NCBI GenBank assembly: GCA_026985075.1
Contig: JALSQX010000052.1
Coordinates: 10,979 to 74,978 of the forward strand
Length of the DNA: 64,000 nt
Reading direction: 5' to 3'
Source of the DNA: Blastocatellia bacterium
GTDB lineage: Bacteria > Acidobacteriota > Blastocatellia > HR10 > J050
Below are positions 8,686 through 18,800 of the stretch, in pieces. A program made the position numbers and the translations under genes. Under the pieces are notes generated by a model that was not told where the DNA came from, did not search any database, and saw only the letters and a program-made list of their open reading frames with translations. Position 1 is the stretch's first letter. Each line of letters begins with the position of its first letter.

Positions 8686-9690
8686 ATGGAATCGCGGAGA
8701 TCCACGACTGGTCGAGTAGTTGTTGCCGGGAGCGTCATGCTCGACTGGCTCATCGCTCCACTGGCTCGCATCCCCCGCTGGGATGAGAACATCTTTGTCG
8801 AAAAGGTTCTTCTCCATGTCGGTGGACTGGCAGCGAATACGGCAATTGGCCTCGCCCATTTGAAGGTACCCGTTGACCTCTGCGCCTGCATCGGGAACGA
8901 CGCCCACGGAGAGTTGATCGTCCACCATCTTCAACGAGCGGGCGTCGATTGCCGGCACATTCGCCGTTCAACTCGTCATCCGACCAGTTTGTCGTTTGGC
9001 TTCGTTGATGAAAAAGGTCGACGCTTCTTCATCGTCTCGCTGGGAGCGAATGCCCATCTCCAGAAACGCGATATAGAGTGCATTGACTGGAGTGGCGTGC
9101 AGTTTTTCCATCTGGGAGGATTTTTCCATCTTCCTCGGCTCGAGCCTGCGTTGCCGACACTTCTGTCGGCGCTCCGACGCCGGGGAATCCGAATCTCGCT
9201 CGATCTGGCGTGGGATCCGCACGATCGCTGGATGCGGTCTCTGCGCTTCCTGCTTCCCCATGTGGATGTTTTCTTTCCCAACGAAAAACAAACGCAACGA
9301 TTGACGGGGATGCGAAGCGTTCGCCAGGGAGCCCGAAAGCTGCGACGAGAGGGCGTAAGAACCGTGGTCGTCAAACGAGGGGCGCGCGGCTGCTACGTGG
9401 ATAGCGATGAATGGAGAGGGGGGGTGCCAGCTTTCCCCGTTCGGGTCGTCGATACGACGGGTGCTGGTGATGTCTTCGATGCCGCCTTTTTGTATGGATG
9501 GCGAGCGGGATGGGACTTCCAGACGTGTGCGCGTTTTGCCAACGTTATGGCTGCCGCCAGCACGCGAACCTATGGAGCGACCACGGCTCTTCCAGCCCGC
9601 GCGACGGCGCTCCGCTGGGTGAAGACATTCTATGGTCTTCCGGTGACGGGATCGACAACACCATCGGAACCTCGCAACAGGAGGAAGTGA
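8686..9690 (+). CDS. PfkB-family carbohydrate kinase
   Basis: 334-aa ORF. C-terminal PfkB signature VVDTTGAGDVFDAAFLYG. N-terminal GG-containing sugar-binding region (LLHVGGLAANTAIGL). Confidence 0.8.
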   Translation: MESRRSTTGRVVVAGSVMLDWLIAPLARIPRWDENIFVEKVLLHVGGLAANTAIGLAHLKVPVDLCACIGNDAHGELIVHHLQRAGVDCRHIRRSTRHPTSLSFGFVDEKGRRFFIVSLGANAHLQKRDIECIDWSGVQFFHLGGFFHLPRLEPALPTLLSALRRRGIRISLDLAWDPHDRWMRSLRFLLPHVDVFFPNEKQTQRLTGMRSVRQGARKLRREGVRTVVVKRGARGCYVDSDEWRGGVPAFPVRVVDTTGAGDVFDAAFLYGWRAGWDFQTCARFANVMAAASTRTYGATTALPARATALRWVKTFYGLPVTGSTTPSEPRNRRK

Positions 9691-9692
9691 GC

Positions 9693-10637
9693 ATGACATA
9701 CCTGGTCACTGGTGGCAGAGGGTTCATCGGTTCGTATGTCGTACGCGATCTGGTGCGCCAGGGCGAGCGCGTCATCGTGCACGATTTTTTTACCGATGAT
9801 GGCTTGTTGGAGATGATTCTCACCCCTGAAGAGCGAAATGAGATCGCCATCATCACCAGCAGTTCGTATGATTTCGCCGAACTGGCGCGGCTCATCGTGG
9901 ATTACCAGGTCACGCATCTCATTCACCTGGTTTCCATGCTGCATCCGGCGTCCAATGAGCATCCCGTATGGGCCGAGAAGGTCAACAACCTGAGTTTCGT
10001 CAATGTCCTGGAAGCAGCCCGCTTATGGTCCTTACGACTGGTCTGGGCGAGTTCTGTCGTCGTCTTCGGTCCACGTCACTACCATCCTCAGGAAGCGGTT
10101 CCCAACGATGCACCGCATCATCCCACCACGGTGTATGCAGCGTGTAAATCATTCAACGAATTCCTCGCCAATCATTATCACCGGACCTGGGGCGTGGATC
10201 ACATCGGGCTTCGATTCACGCTGGTTTACGGACCAGGACGCACGCGAGGGGCGAGCTCATTCGTCATGCGATTGATGAGAGAACCAGCACTCGGTCGTCC
10301 CACCATCGTTCCCTTCGCCGATGATGAAGTGGATTGGCAATATGTCGAAGATATCTCCCGCCTGGTCATCGCCTGTGCCAAAGCCGAATCACCCCGGACG
10401 CGCATTTACAACACGCAATGCGACGTCCGCAGCGTTCGGGAAGCCGGCGCGTATGTGAAATCGCTGCTCCCTGATGCCGACATCCAGTACGAACCGGGAA
10501 CGTTTGGCGTAGCCTGGAAGCTCGATGCCACCGCCCTTCAAGAGGAGATCGGATTCCAGTGGCATTACCCTATGGAGGCGGGCATTCGAAAGACGATCAA
10601 TTTCTTTCGCTCCCGGGCGGGGCTCCCGTCGGTTTGA
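9693..10637 (+). CDS. NAD-dependent epimerase/dehydratase (extended SDR)
   Basis: Start ATG 9693 (AGGAGGA upstream, 2 nt after the PfkB stop). MTYLVTGGRGFIGSYVV Rossmann motif; YAACK (YxxxK). Confidence 0.8.
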   Translation: MTYLVTGGRGFIGSYVVRDLVRQGERVIVHDFFTDDGLLEMILTPEERNEIAIITSSSYDFAELARLIVDYQVTHLIHLVSMLHPASNEHPVWAEKVNNLSFVNVLEAARLWSLRLVWASSVVVFGPRHYHPQEAVPNDAPHHPTTVYAACKSFNEFLANHYHRTWGVDHIGLRFTLVYGPGRTRGASSFVMRLMREPALGRPTIVPFADDEVDWQYVEDISRLVIACAKAESPRTRIYNTQCDVRSVREAGAYVKSLLPDADIQYEPGTFGVAWKLDATALQEEIGFQWHYPMEAGIRKTINFFRSRAGLPSV

Positions 10638-10761
10638 GAACGGCTCTGCGGGTTCAGCCCGGACCCTCTTGCTGAAACGGGCGCAAATCACACATCATCA
10701 AGAGCGCCCAGCTCACGGATTGTTTCACAAACTGAGTGGTGACGGAGTGGAATCGCTCGGC

Positions 10762-11571
10762 ATGTTCCTGCTCATCATTCTGGCTGGGACCATTACCGGA
10801 GTCCTCGCCGGGTTATTGGGTATCGGGGGCGGCGTCATTCTCGTGCCGTTACTCACCACCGCGTTCCACATCCCCATCCACCACGCCATTGGAGTTAGTT
10901 TGATGACCATCATCGCCACGTCGAGCATGGCTGCCGCCTATCATCTCGAGCGCGACTCCATTGATATCCGGTGGGGAATCATACTGGCCTCTCCTGCCGT
11001 CGTCGGAGCAGCGGTCGGGGGATTGCTGGCCGGGCGATTCAGCCAACGAGCGCTCGCCCTCCTGTTCGCCAGTTTAATGGTGGTGATGTCGCTCGTCATG
11101 GTGCGCCGACTCCGACGAGGAGAACGTTCGATCGTTCCCGTTTCGCCGCCGGCATCCGCTGAGGCGTCAGACGTCGATGAGACCGCTGGAACGCCCATCG
11201 CCTGTCAGGAGTTACGATTGCTGGCGGCGCTGGGCATTCTTTTGCTGGCCGGTCACCTCTCTGGACTGCTGGGCATCGGAGGCGGCGTCATCACCGTCCC
11301 CACACTTCGCCTCCTCTGCCGCGTCCCTCTTCGCGTCGCCGTCGCCACAGCTCATCTCATGCTGGGAGTGACGGCGAGTTCGGCAGCTCTCGTCTACCAG
11401 GCGCGCGGAGAGATTCCCTTCCTGTTGACGGCAGCCACGGTGCTCGGTGCTCTCACCGGATCTCCCCTGGGAGCTCGCCTTACCACGAAGGTGCGGAGTC
11501 GGTGGATTGACGGTGTATTCGTCGCTTTGACCTTCGCCTTGGCGATGCGGTTAATCTGGTATTCGCCCTAG
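10762..11571 (+). CDS. TauE/SafE-family sulfite / organosulfonate exporter-type membrane protein
   Basis: Polytopic membrane ORF with the duplicated motif GLLGIGGGVI(L/T)VP at both halves, characteristic of TauE/SafE (DUF81). Start ATG 10762 chosen; GTG 10747 is also possible. Confidence 0.75.
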   Translation: MFLLIILAGTITGVLAGLLGIGGGVILVPLLTTAFHIPIHHAIGVSLMTIIATSSMAAAYHLERDSIDIRWGIILASPAVVGAAVGGLLAGRFSQRALALLFASLMVVMSLVMVRRLRRGERSIVPVSPPASAEASDVDETAGTPIACQELRLLAALGILLLAGHLSGLLGIGGGVITVPTLRLLCRVPLRVAVATAHLMLGVTASSAALVYQARGEIPFLLTAATVLGALTGSPLGARLTTKVRSRWIDGVFVALTFALAMRLIWYSP

Positions 11572-11649
11572 CCATTGCCCGACGTGGTCACATCTACCGG
11601 GCGTCATTGAAAGAAGATATTCCACTCGAGACGGCCCACGCGTCCACCT

Positions 11650-11976
11650 GTGAACCGAACGAGGACTATGGTCGGATTCCTCCTTCGATGGGGAACGCTG
11701 CTGGCCGGGATGTGGATACTGGCTGGTTCCCTTCTCTTCCTCCTCGGCGAATACGCTCCGACGACGGCAACCTATTCTTCGCCAAAGCTCGGGAGTCGGT
11801 TGTTGGCCGACGAGGGAGTCTTTTTCATCCGCCCTGGGATGATGATTCTCCTCCTCACACCGGTTCTCTCAACTTTGCTCATAGGTCTCTCTTCCCTTCG
11901 CCGGCGCGACTGGCCGGTGGTGGGAGCGACGTTGATCATCATAGGCGTTCTTTGGTTGAACAGTCCGTTTCGTTGA
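11650..11976 (+). CDS. Small membrane protein, DUF1634-like
   Basis: 108-aa ORF with 3 predicted TM segments, directly downstream of TauE, the usual partner position for DUF1634. The start is uncertain (GTG 11650 or ATG 11668). Confidence 0.5.
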   Translation: MNRTRTMVGFLLRWGTLLAGMWILAGSLLFLLGEYAPTTATYSSPKLGSRLLADEGVFFIRPGMMILLLTPVLSTLLIGLSSLRRRDWPVVGATLIIIGVLWLNSPFR

Positions 11977-12007
11977 ATGTCATGGGATGTCGTGGAGAAT
12001 GAGCACC

Positions 12008-13423
12008 ATGCGCGAAGTATTGATCGAATATGGGAATGCTCACATGTCCATCCAGGTTCCCGACCACGCGGTGGTGATCACCCCGGAGATGTATCGAGAT
12101 CCACCGACCGTCGATCCTGTGCAGGCCACCCGAGAGGCGCTCCAGAAGCCGCTCGGCCGGCCTCCCATCCGTGATCTCGCCAAGCGAGGCGACAAGGTGG
12201 TGATCGCTTTCCCCGATCGGGTCAAGGGCGGCATGCACGAGCGCTCCCACCGTCGCGTGGCCATTCCCCTCATTCTGGAGGAACTCGAGCGAGCCGGCGT
12301 GCGTCGTGAAGATATTACACTCATCTGCGCTATCGGCCTTCACCGCAAGAACAGGGTGGAGGAATTCCGAACGTATCTGGGAGAGAACGTGGTGAAGGCC
12401 TTTTGGCCCGATCGCTTGGTGAATCACGATGCCGAAGATCCCGATGGGATTATCTCCTTTGGTGAGGACGCGTTCGGCGATACGGTGGAGTTCAACCGAA
12501 AGGTCGCCGAGGCTGATGTGGCCATACTGCTCGGGCACGTGCTCGGCAATCCCTATGGCGGGTACAGTGGTGGCTATAAAATGCCCACCACCGGTCTCAC
12601 CACCTGGCGCTCGATTCGGAGTCATCACGTCCCCCATTCGCTCTACCGGGATGACTTCCTCCCCGTATCGACCAGGAGTCACTTTCGCCATCAGTTGAGG
12701 GCCATAGGACGGACGATCGAAGCGAAGATGGGAAAGCAGTTCTTCATCGTGGATGCCGTTCTCGGAACCGAAGCTCAGATTCTCGGTGTGTATGCGGGAG
12801 CCGCCGACCACGTGGAGCGCGAGAGCTGGAAGCTTGCCGAACGACGCACCAATCTCCCTGTGCGCGAGAAATGCGACATCCTGGTGGTTGGCGTGCCGCG
12901 CGATTTTCACTACGGTCCCGGGATGGGAACGAATCCCATCCTCATGATGCAGGCTATCGGCGCAACGCTCGTCCGCTGTTTTGACGTCTTCACGCCCGGC
13001 GGTGTGATCATTGCGGCTTCCATCTGCGATGGTTGGTTCAACGAAGATTGGTTTCCCGCCACCCGCGAAGTGTTCGAATTACTCAAAGGGGTATCCGACC
13101 GCTCCGAGATGCGCCGCTTCGAAGAGGAGGTGTCCACACGGCCGGAATACGTGAATGCCTATCGACATGCCTTCGCCTACCATCCATTTCATGCCTTCTC
13201 GATGGTCTATATGGGTGGTCTTGCTCTGCGACACACGAGCGCCGTCTTCATCGTGGGAGCGAAGCAACCGGCCTATGCCGAAGCGATGGGGGGTATTCCC
13301 GCCACGAGCTTCGACGAAGCCCTCCGTCGGGCGGAGAAATATGTGGGACGGAACCCGCGAATCCTCGTGCTTCCCGGATATCTCACCAAAGCTCCCATCC
13401 ATCTGCGCTATGCTGGAGGATAA
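12008..13423 (+). CDS. LarA-like nickel-pincer-cofactor-dependent 2-hydroxyacid racemase/epimerase homolog (DUF2088)
   Basis: About 471 aa from ATG 12008 (ATG 11987 also possible). N-terminus MREVLIEYGNAHMSIQVPD and the motif HVLGNPYGGYSGGYKMPTTG (His ... SGGxK) resemble the LarA family. Confidence 0.65.
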   Translation: MREVLIEYGNAHMSIQVPDHAVVITPEMYRDPPTVDPVQATREALQKPLGRPPIRDLAKRGDKVVIAFPDRVKGGMHERSHRRVAIPLILEELERAGVRREDITLICAIGLHRKNRVEEFRTYLGENVVKAFWPDRLVNHDAEDPDGIISFGEDAFGDTVEFNRKVAEADVAILLGHVLGNPYGGYSGGYKMPTTGLTTWRSIRSHHVPHSLYRDDFLPVSTRSHFRHQLRAIGRTIEAKMGKQFFIVDAVLGTEAQILGVYAGAADHVERESWKLAERRTNLPVREKCDILVVGVPRDFHYGPGMGTNPILMMQAIGATLVRCFDVFTPGGVIIAASICDGWFNEDWFPATREVFELLKGVSDRSEMRRFEEEVSTRPEYVNAYRHAFAYHPFHAFSMVYMGGLALRHTSAVFIVGAKQPAYAEAMGGIPATSFDEALRRAEKYVGRNPRILVLPGYLTKAPIHLRYAGG

Positions 13424-13587
13424 GGTGACTCGGCTCGCCCGGCTATTCCATGATGAATACTCGATAGGCTCTTGCCTGAGCGCCATCTTTCATGGAGAAT
13501 GATGGGCTCAAAGAACTCACGGTTACGCGATAATGACCTTTGGAGGAGTCATTCCTGGCCCCGAGGCCACATTGCCAGGGTGAATAA

Positions 13588-13620
13588 GGATGGAGCGCCA
13601 GATGCCATCTTGCGCCGCTC
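13588..13620. repeat. Palindromic intergenic element, copy A
   Basis: GGATGGAGCGCCAGATGCCATCTTGCGCCGCTC. Core inverted repeat GCGCCAGATG-C-CATCTTGCGC (13595-13615). 28/33 identical to complement(39663-39695) and 26/33 identical to 43148-43180. Confidence 0.85.
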
Positions 13621-13641
13621 TTTCCGAGGGAGGAATCGGAG

Positions 13642-14493
13642 ATGACGCTCGATGAGATTCTCACGCTCCCCGTAGAGAAATTGGCCGATCGGGCAAAAGT
13701 TGGCGTGAAGATTTATCCGACTCGGGAAGCCCTGTTCCAAGGCTTCGCCCGCGAAATCGCCGAGGAGATCAAGGCTCATAATGCGCGCAGCGAACCCACA
13801 CGGCTCATCCTCCCCGTGGGCCCTACGGGACAGTATCCGATCCTGGTCGATATCTGCAACCGGGAGCGCATCAGTTGGAAGAACGTGTGGACGTTCAATA
13901 TGGATGAGTGGCTCGACTGGCAAGGACGCCCTTTGCCTCTCGATCACCCGTTGAGCTTCGAGGGCTACATGCGCCGTCAGGTTTTTGAAAAGTTGGACCC
14001 CGACCTGCGCATTCCCGATGATCACATCATCTTCCCTCATCCCTTTCGTATCGACGAGTTGAGCGAGAAGATTCGTCAGGTGGGAGGTATTGATACCTGT
14101 TATGGTGGGATCGGATATCACGGACACGTCGCCTTCAACGAACCCTGGTACTCGCAGTGGCAACGACCGAGCTTGGATGAATTTCGCCATTCCAAGACGC
14201 GGGTCGTACCTCTCCATCCAGACACTATCGTCGTCAATAGTATCATGAGCGCAGACGGGAATTTCATGGCTATTCCTCCCATGGCCGTGACCATAGGGAT
14301 GGAAGATATCCTCTCGGCGCGCCGGTTACGCTTCTATGTCTTCGCCGGTGAGCGCCACAAGACGATTTTCCGCATCGCTCTCATGGGAGAGGTATCTACT
14401 GAATTTCCGGTCACGCTGTTGCAAGAACACCCTGATTGTGTCATCGCCGCCGATGAGTACACGGCTCAACCGGTGCGCATCGGCATTCGCTGA
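13642..14493 (+). CDS. Glucosamine-6-phosphate deaminase/isomerase (NagB/6-phosphogluconolactonase superfamily)-like protein
   Basis: 283-aa ORF with GGGAGG SD. Motifs LILPVGPTG and TFNMDEW match the NagB-type pattern (G.TP ... FN.DEY). Confidence 0.7.
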   Translation: MTLDEILTLPVEKLADRAKVGVKIYPTREALFQGFAREIAEEIKAHNARSEPTRLILPVGPTGQYPILVDICNRERISWKNVWTFNMDEWLDWQGRPLPLDHPLSFEGYMRRQVFEKLDPDLRIPDDHIIFPHPFRIDELSEKIRQVGGIDTCYGGIGYHGHVAFNEPWYSQWQRPSLDEFRHSKTRVVPLHPDTIVVNSIMSADGNFMAIPPMAVTIGMEDILSARRLRFYVFAGERHKTIFRIALMGEVSTEFPVTLLQEHPDCVIAADEYTAQPVRIGIR

Positions 14494-14578
14494 ATCGGGA
14501 TTCGCCAGACACCTTCACGGGGAGCCCCTTCTTCACGTTCGCTTCGACATCGCCCCCCCATCATCATTCACCTCACCT

Positions 14579-15880
14579 ATGATCGCTCCGCGTCCAGACG
14601 GAACGAAACGACCGATCGCTGGACTCCGCTGGTGGATTCTCGCTCTGCTGACGACCTCCTTCTCCATCAATTTCATTGATCGGCAGACGTTCTCCGTCCT
14701 GGCGCCCGTTTTACGAAAGGAGTTCGATTTCACCAACACGGACTACTCGATCATGGTCTTCTGTTTCCTGCTCGGTATGGCCGTGATGCAGGTCCCCATC
14801 GGTATGTTGTTCGATCGACTGGGTCCACGACGTACGTTCAGTCTGATCGTCCTAGGGTGGTCGTTCACCACGGCGGCTCATGCGTTGGCGCGGGGACTCT
14901 GGCAATTCAGCGCTCTTCGCTTCCTGCTGGGAAACTTCGAATGCGGCAACTATAGCGGCGGCATGAAAGTTGTCTCCCAGTGGTTCCCCGCCCGCGAGCG
15001 AGCGCTGGCGGGCGGCATCTTCAACTCCGGGAGCCTCATTGGTCCGGTCATCGCCCCTCCGTTAGTCGTTTGGCTCACTCAGCAATTCAACTGGCGATTC
15101 GCATTTCTGGCCACGAGCACACTGGGATTCCTCTGGCTCGCGTTCTGGCTCCGGCTCTTTCATGAACCGCGCCGACATCCCCGTCTGCTTCGTTCAGAAC
15201 TCGCGTTGATCGAGGATCAGGCGACAGAGGCGGCTTCAACCGCTCCTCCCCCCGTCCGAGTTGGCGTGGGGATTCGAACGCTGTTGCGGTATCGACAAAC
15301 ATGGGGAGTGATCCTCATTCGCGCGTTCAGCGGTCCCTTCACGCACTTCTACTGGTATTGGCTCCCTTCGTATCTTTCCGAGCGCGGACTCAGCCTCACC
15401 CTCATCGGTTTATTGGCTTGGATTCCCTATACGGGAGGCGGTGTGGGAAACGTGTTTGGCGGATGGCTGGCCGGACGTTTATTGAAGCGTGGCGTGTCCA
15501 TCGACCGGACGCGCAAGTTCTGCTTCGTGCTCGGTGGCACTTTAGCCGCCTCCAGCGCTATCATCCCCCTGATGCCGAGCGCGGGCGTGGCCATCGCTCT
15601 GATCTGGCTGGCCATCCTGGGAGCCAATATCATCGAAGCGAACTACATCGGCGTAGTCACCGACATCTTTCCCGGGCCAGTCGTTGGGCGATTGACCGGA
15701 TTGACGGGAATCGGTGATAACATCATGAGCATGACCTTGATGCTCATCACAGGTATCGTGGTCGATCGCTTCTCCTACCTCCCCATTTTCATCGCCGTTG
15801 GGGTGATTCCGCTGGTCGAAGTTCTGGCGCTCTTCTTGGGTGTGCGACGGGTGGGACGACTCACGTTCACCACGACGTGA
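14579..15880 (+). CDS. MFS transporter (anion:cation symporter / hexuronate ExuT-like)
   Basis: Start ATG 14579 chosen. RWWILALLTTSFSINFIDRQTFSVLAP is a typical ACS-family N-terminus. 12-TM-like hydrophobic profile. Confidence 0.75.
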   Translation: MIAPRPDGTKRPIAGLRWWILALLTTSFSINFIDRQTFSVLAPVLRKEFDFTNTDYSIMVFCFLLGMAVMQVPIGMLFDRLGPRRTFSLIVLGWSFTTAAHALARGLWQFSALRFLLGNFECGNYSGGMKVVSQWFPARERALAGGIFNSGSLIGPVIAPPLVVWLTQQFNWRFAFLATSTLGFLWLAFWLRLFHEPRRHPRLLRSELALIEDQATEAASTAPPPVRVGVGIRTLLRYRQTWGVILIRAFSGPFTHFYWYWLPSYLSERGLSLTLIGLLAWIPYTGGGVGNVFGGWLAGRLLKRGVSIDRTRKFCFVLGGTLAASSAIIPLMPSAGVAIALIWLAILGANIIEANYIGVVTDIFPGPVVGRLTGLTGIGDNIMSMTLMLITGIVVDRFSYLPIFIAVGVIPLVEVLALFLGVRRVGRLTFTTT

Positions 15881-15897
15881 TGGAGGATATCCACCGT

Positions 15898-18800
15898 ATG
15901 GTCAACAGAAACGTTGGCACGTATGGGTACATCGCCGGTATGCTGATTCTGCTGCTGAGCACGGTTCGGGCAACCCGACCGAGTGCGGTCCAGTCCTCAC
16001 GGACTGGGCCGGTCATCGTCAATGGTTATCCAGAATATCACGTGAACGGAAGCCCCTTCTTCCCTTACATCGCCGCCTTCTTCTATCATCGCCTCCCCGC
16101 CGATTTATGGGAACCAGCGATGCTCAAGCTCAAGGAGATCGGATTCAACACGCTCGACCTCTACATCATCTGGAACTGGCACCAGCCGACCGAAGACACG
16201 CTCGATCTGGATGGGCACTCCAATCCCCGTCGCAATCTCAAGCGCCTGTTGACGGTGGCCGATGCTCTCGGTCTGAAGGTCATTCTCCGACCCGGCCCCT
16301 ACATCTTCAATGAGTGGCGCAACGGCGGCTATCCGGACTGGTTGATGCGGAAGCCTGGATATCATATCTCACCATCGGCAATCATCGAAGGCTGGTTTCC
16401 CACCCCCTCCTCGATTCAGTATTTCAACTCCGAGAGTGCGGCGCGATTGTGGCTGGAGAATGAGACCCACTGGACGTATACGGCAAAGTGGTTCGCCGAA
16501 GTATGGAAGATCGCCGGACCTTTTTCCGCCAGCCGCGGTGGCCCTATACTCGCCGTCCAGATTGACGATGATCTGGCCATCGGCTATTACAACTACAACG
16601 GGCCGACCTTTTGGCGATACATCCACCAATACCAGCGGCTTCTGGCGCGCGCCGGCGTTGACGTTCCACTGTTCATCAATGCAGCATTCATGCGCGATAC
16701 GGCCAGCGCCAACAATCCTCCGGAAGGTGATCCCCTATGGATTATCGGGCAGTGGTACCTGCGCACAGGGACATCACATTTAAGAGAAGGCGACGGCGCT
16801 GGATTGCAATTTGCCGTAGAAGCGCTGAAGACCCAGCCCCTGTTTCCGCCCTGGATGATCGAATTCAACACCAACCAGTATGCGGGCCCCCGAGATACGC
16901 ACGCCGCCATCATCGCTCCTCCGCGCGACCTGTTGCTGGCCGCCCGCGTTCTCTACCAGAATGGTCTGCGCGGCATGACCATCTATCCGGCCCAGGATAC
17001 GCTCTATCCGGCCGGTTGGGAGTTCCCGCCCGCCAACTATCATTACACCTGGGAATCGGCATTGGATATCGCCCTGAATGAGCGATCGAATCGCTTATGG
17101 GCACTCAAACGCGATGGGGCGCTCATAGCGGGGATGGGATCACTGCTGGCTGGCACCCACGAACAAGCCGATGTGGGGCTCGTTTACACGCTGACGGCCT
17201 ATCCTCAAGAAGACCTGAGACGAGAAGAGATGGCCGTATTCGCGCGGCGCCTGATCACCCTTCAACAATTGGCCTATCACGCCCGCGTTGCGACACAGTA
17301 TATCGATCTGGCGCATGAACCGGCCGAGCACCTCTCTCGCTATAGACTGATTTTCCTTCCCATCGCCCCTTTTCGGAAAGCGGCCTCGCACGATCCCGGT
17401 GAGCCATTAGACATGGATGAGGAAGCCCAACACAAGCTCATCGACTACGTCCGTTCGGGGGGAACGCTCGTCGTCTTGCCCGATTTACCGAAAGGTCGGG
17501 CGCTGGATGTGTTGTTTCCGCTCTCGCCCCTCGGCTCTTCTTCGGCCGGGCGGGGAGTGGCCGATGTCACCCTCTCAAGCGGATGGCGCGTGCCAGCGAT
17601 AGGAGCGCGCCTGCGCTTTCACTCTCAGCGTATGGAGGGCGTGCGGCCAATAGCCTTCGAAGCCGATGGAAAAGCGATCGCCGGATATGAGCATCGACTT
17701 GGCGAAGGGAAGGTGATCGTCCTGGGATTCGATTTCTTCAGTTGGGTGCCTCATGCCCCGGTGCCCACTCTGGGCCGGTGGTTGCCGAGCGCCGAATTGA
17801 ACCGGGAGGAGCGACGTCAAGCCTTGCGCGTGCTCGACTGGCTGCTTGAGGAAGCTGGCATTCGGCGAAATGCCGTCTCGTTGATGAGAAGCTCTGATCC
17901 CCTGGATGTGTATCTTTACACGACGCTCCTGGTATCAAATGAGGCGAATCAACGTTATGGATTCCTGGCCGTGACGAATTGGAGAGACGCGGGACGTCGA
18001 GCCGATGTGCGCATAATCGATCCGCGAACGAGGGAACCGCTGGTGCTCCCCAACGTCTACGTCCCCGGTCGTGACGCGCTGCTGTTACCCGTGCGCGTGC
18101 CGCTGAATCGCCTGGTAAAGCGGAACAGCCTTCGGGGAAGCTTCGCCGACGACGAAGAACTCGTGTATGCAACGGCGGAAGTGACGTCGGCTCGGTTCGC
18201 CAACCGCATCCTCACGCTCGATCTTTACGCGCCCGGACCGGCAGAGATCGTTCTCCGAATGGATGACCCGCCGCTCGGCAATGTGGAGAGCGAGGGTGAG
18301 ATCTTGCTGACCACCTATGACCGATCCACTCGACTGACGCGCATCGAAGTTCCGGCCGGTCGAGCTCCCGACCATCGTCGCAGGGTCCGCGTGCCTTTCC
18401 CCTTCCAACCCGCATTGAGTGTGAAAACCAGACAAGCCGTTCTTCCCGGTGACCCCTTACGCGTACAGGTGGGGGTGATCAATCCATGGGAACGCCCCAT
18501 ACGTGGTCGCCTCCTGCTGGAGACGCCCGAGTCTTGGCCGGGCGTTCCGGCACGAGAGATCATCATCCCTGGCCGAACGCCCTTACCGGGAATGCGCCCC
18601 TCCCGTCGGTCTTTTGAGTTTCAGGCCCCGGTCCCCCCCCATGCTGTTCTGGGGAGTGAGTGGGAGGTACGCGCCTGCCTGGACGGCGAAGCGACGTGGT
18701 GCTCGGAGCCGTTTCGAGTGCGCGTCGTGGAATCGATTCGATGGCGCCTGGAGCCACGAGCCGATTTTCCCCTTCGCGACGACGTTCGACTGCCGACGCA

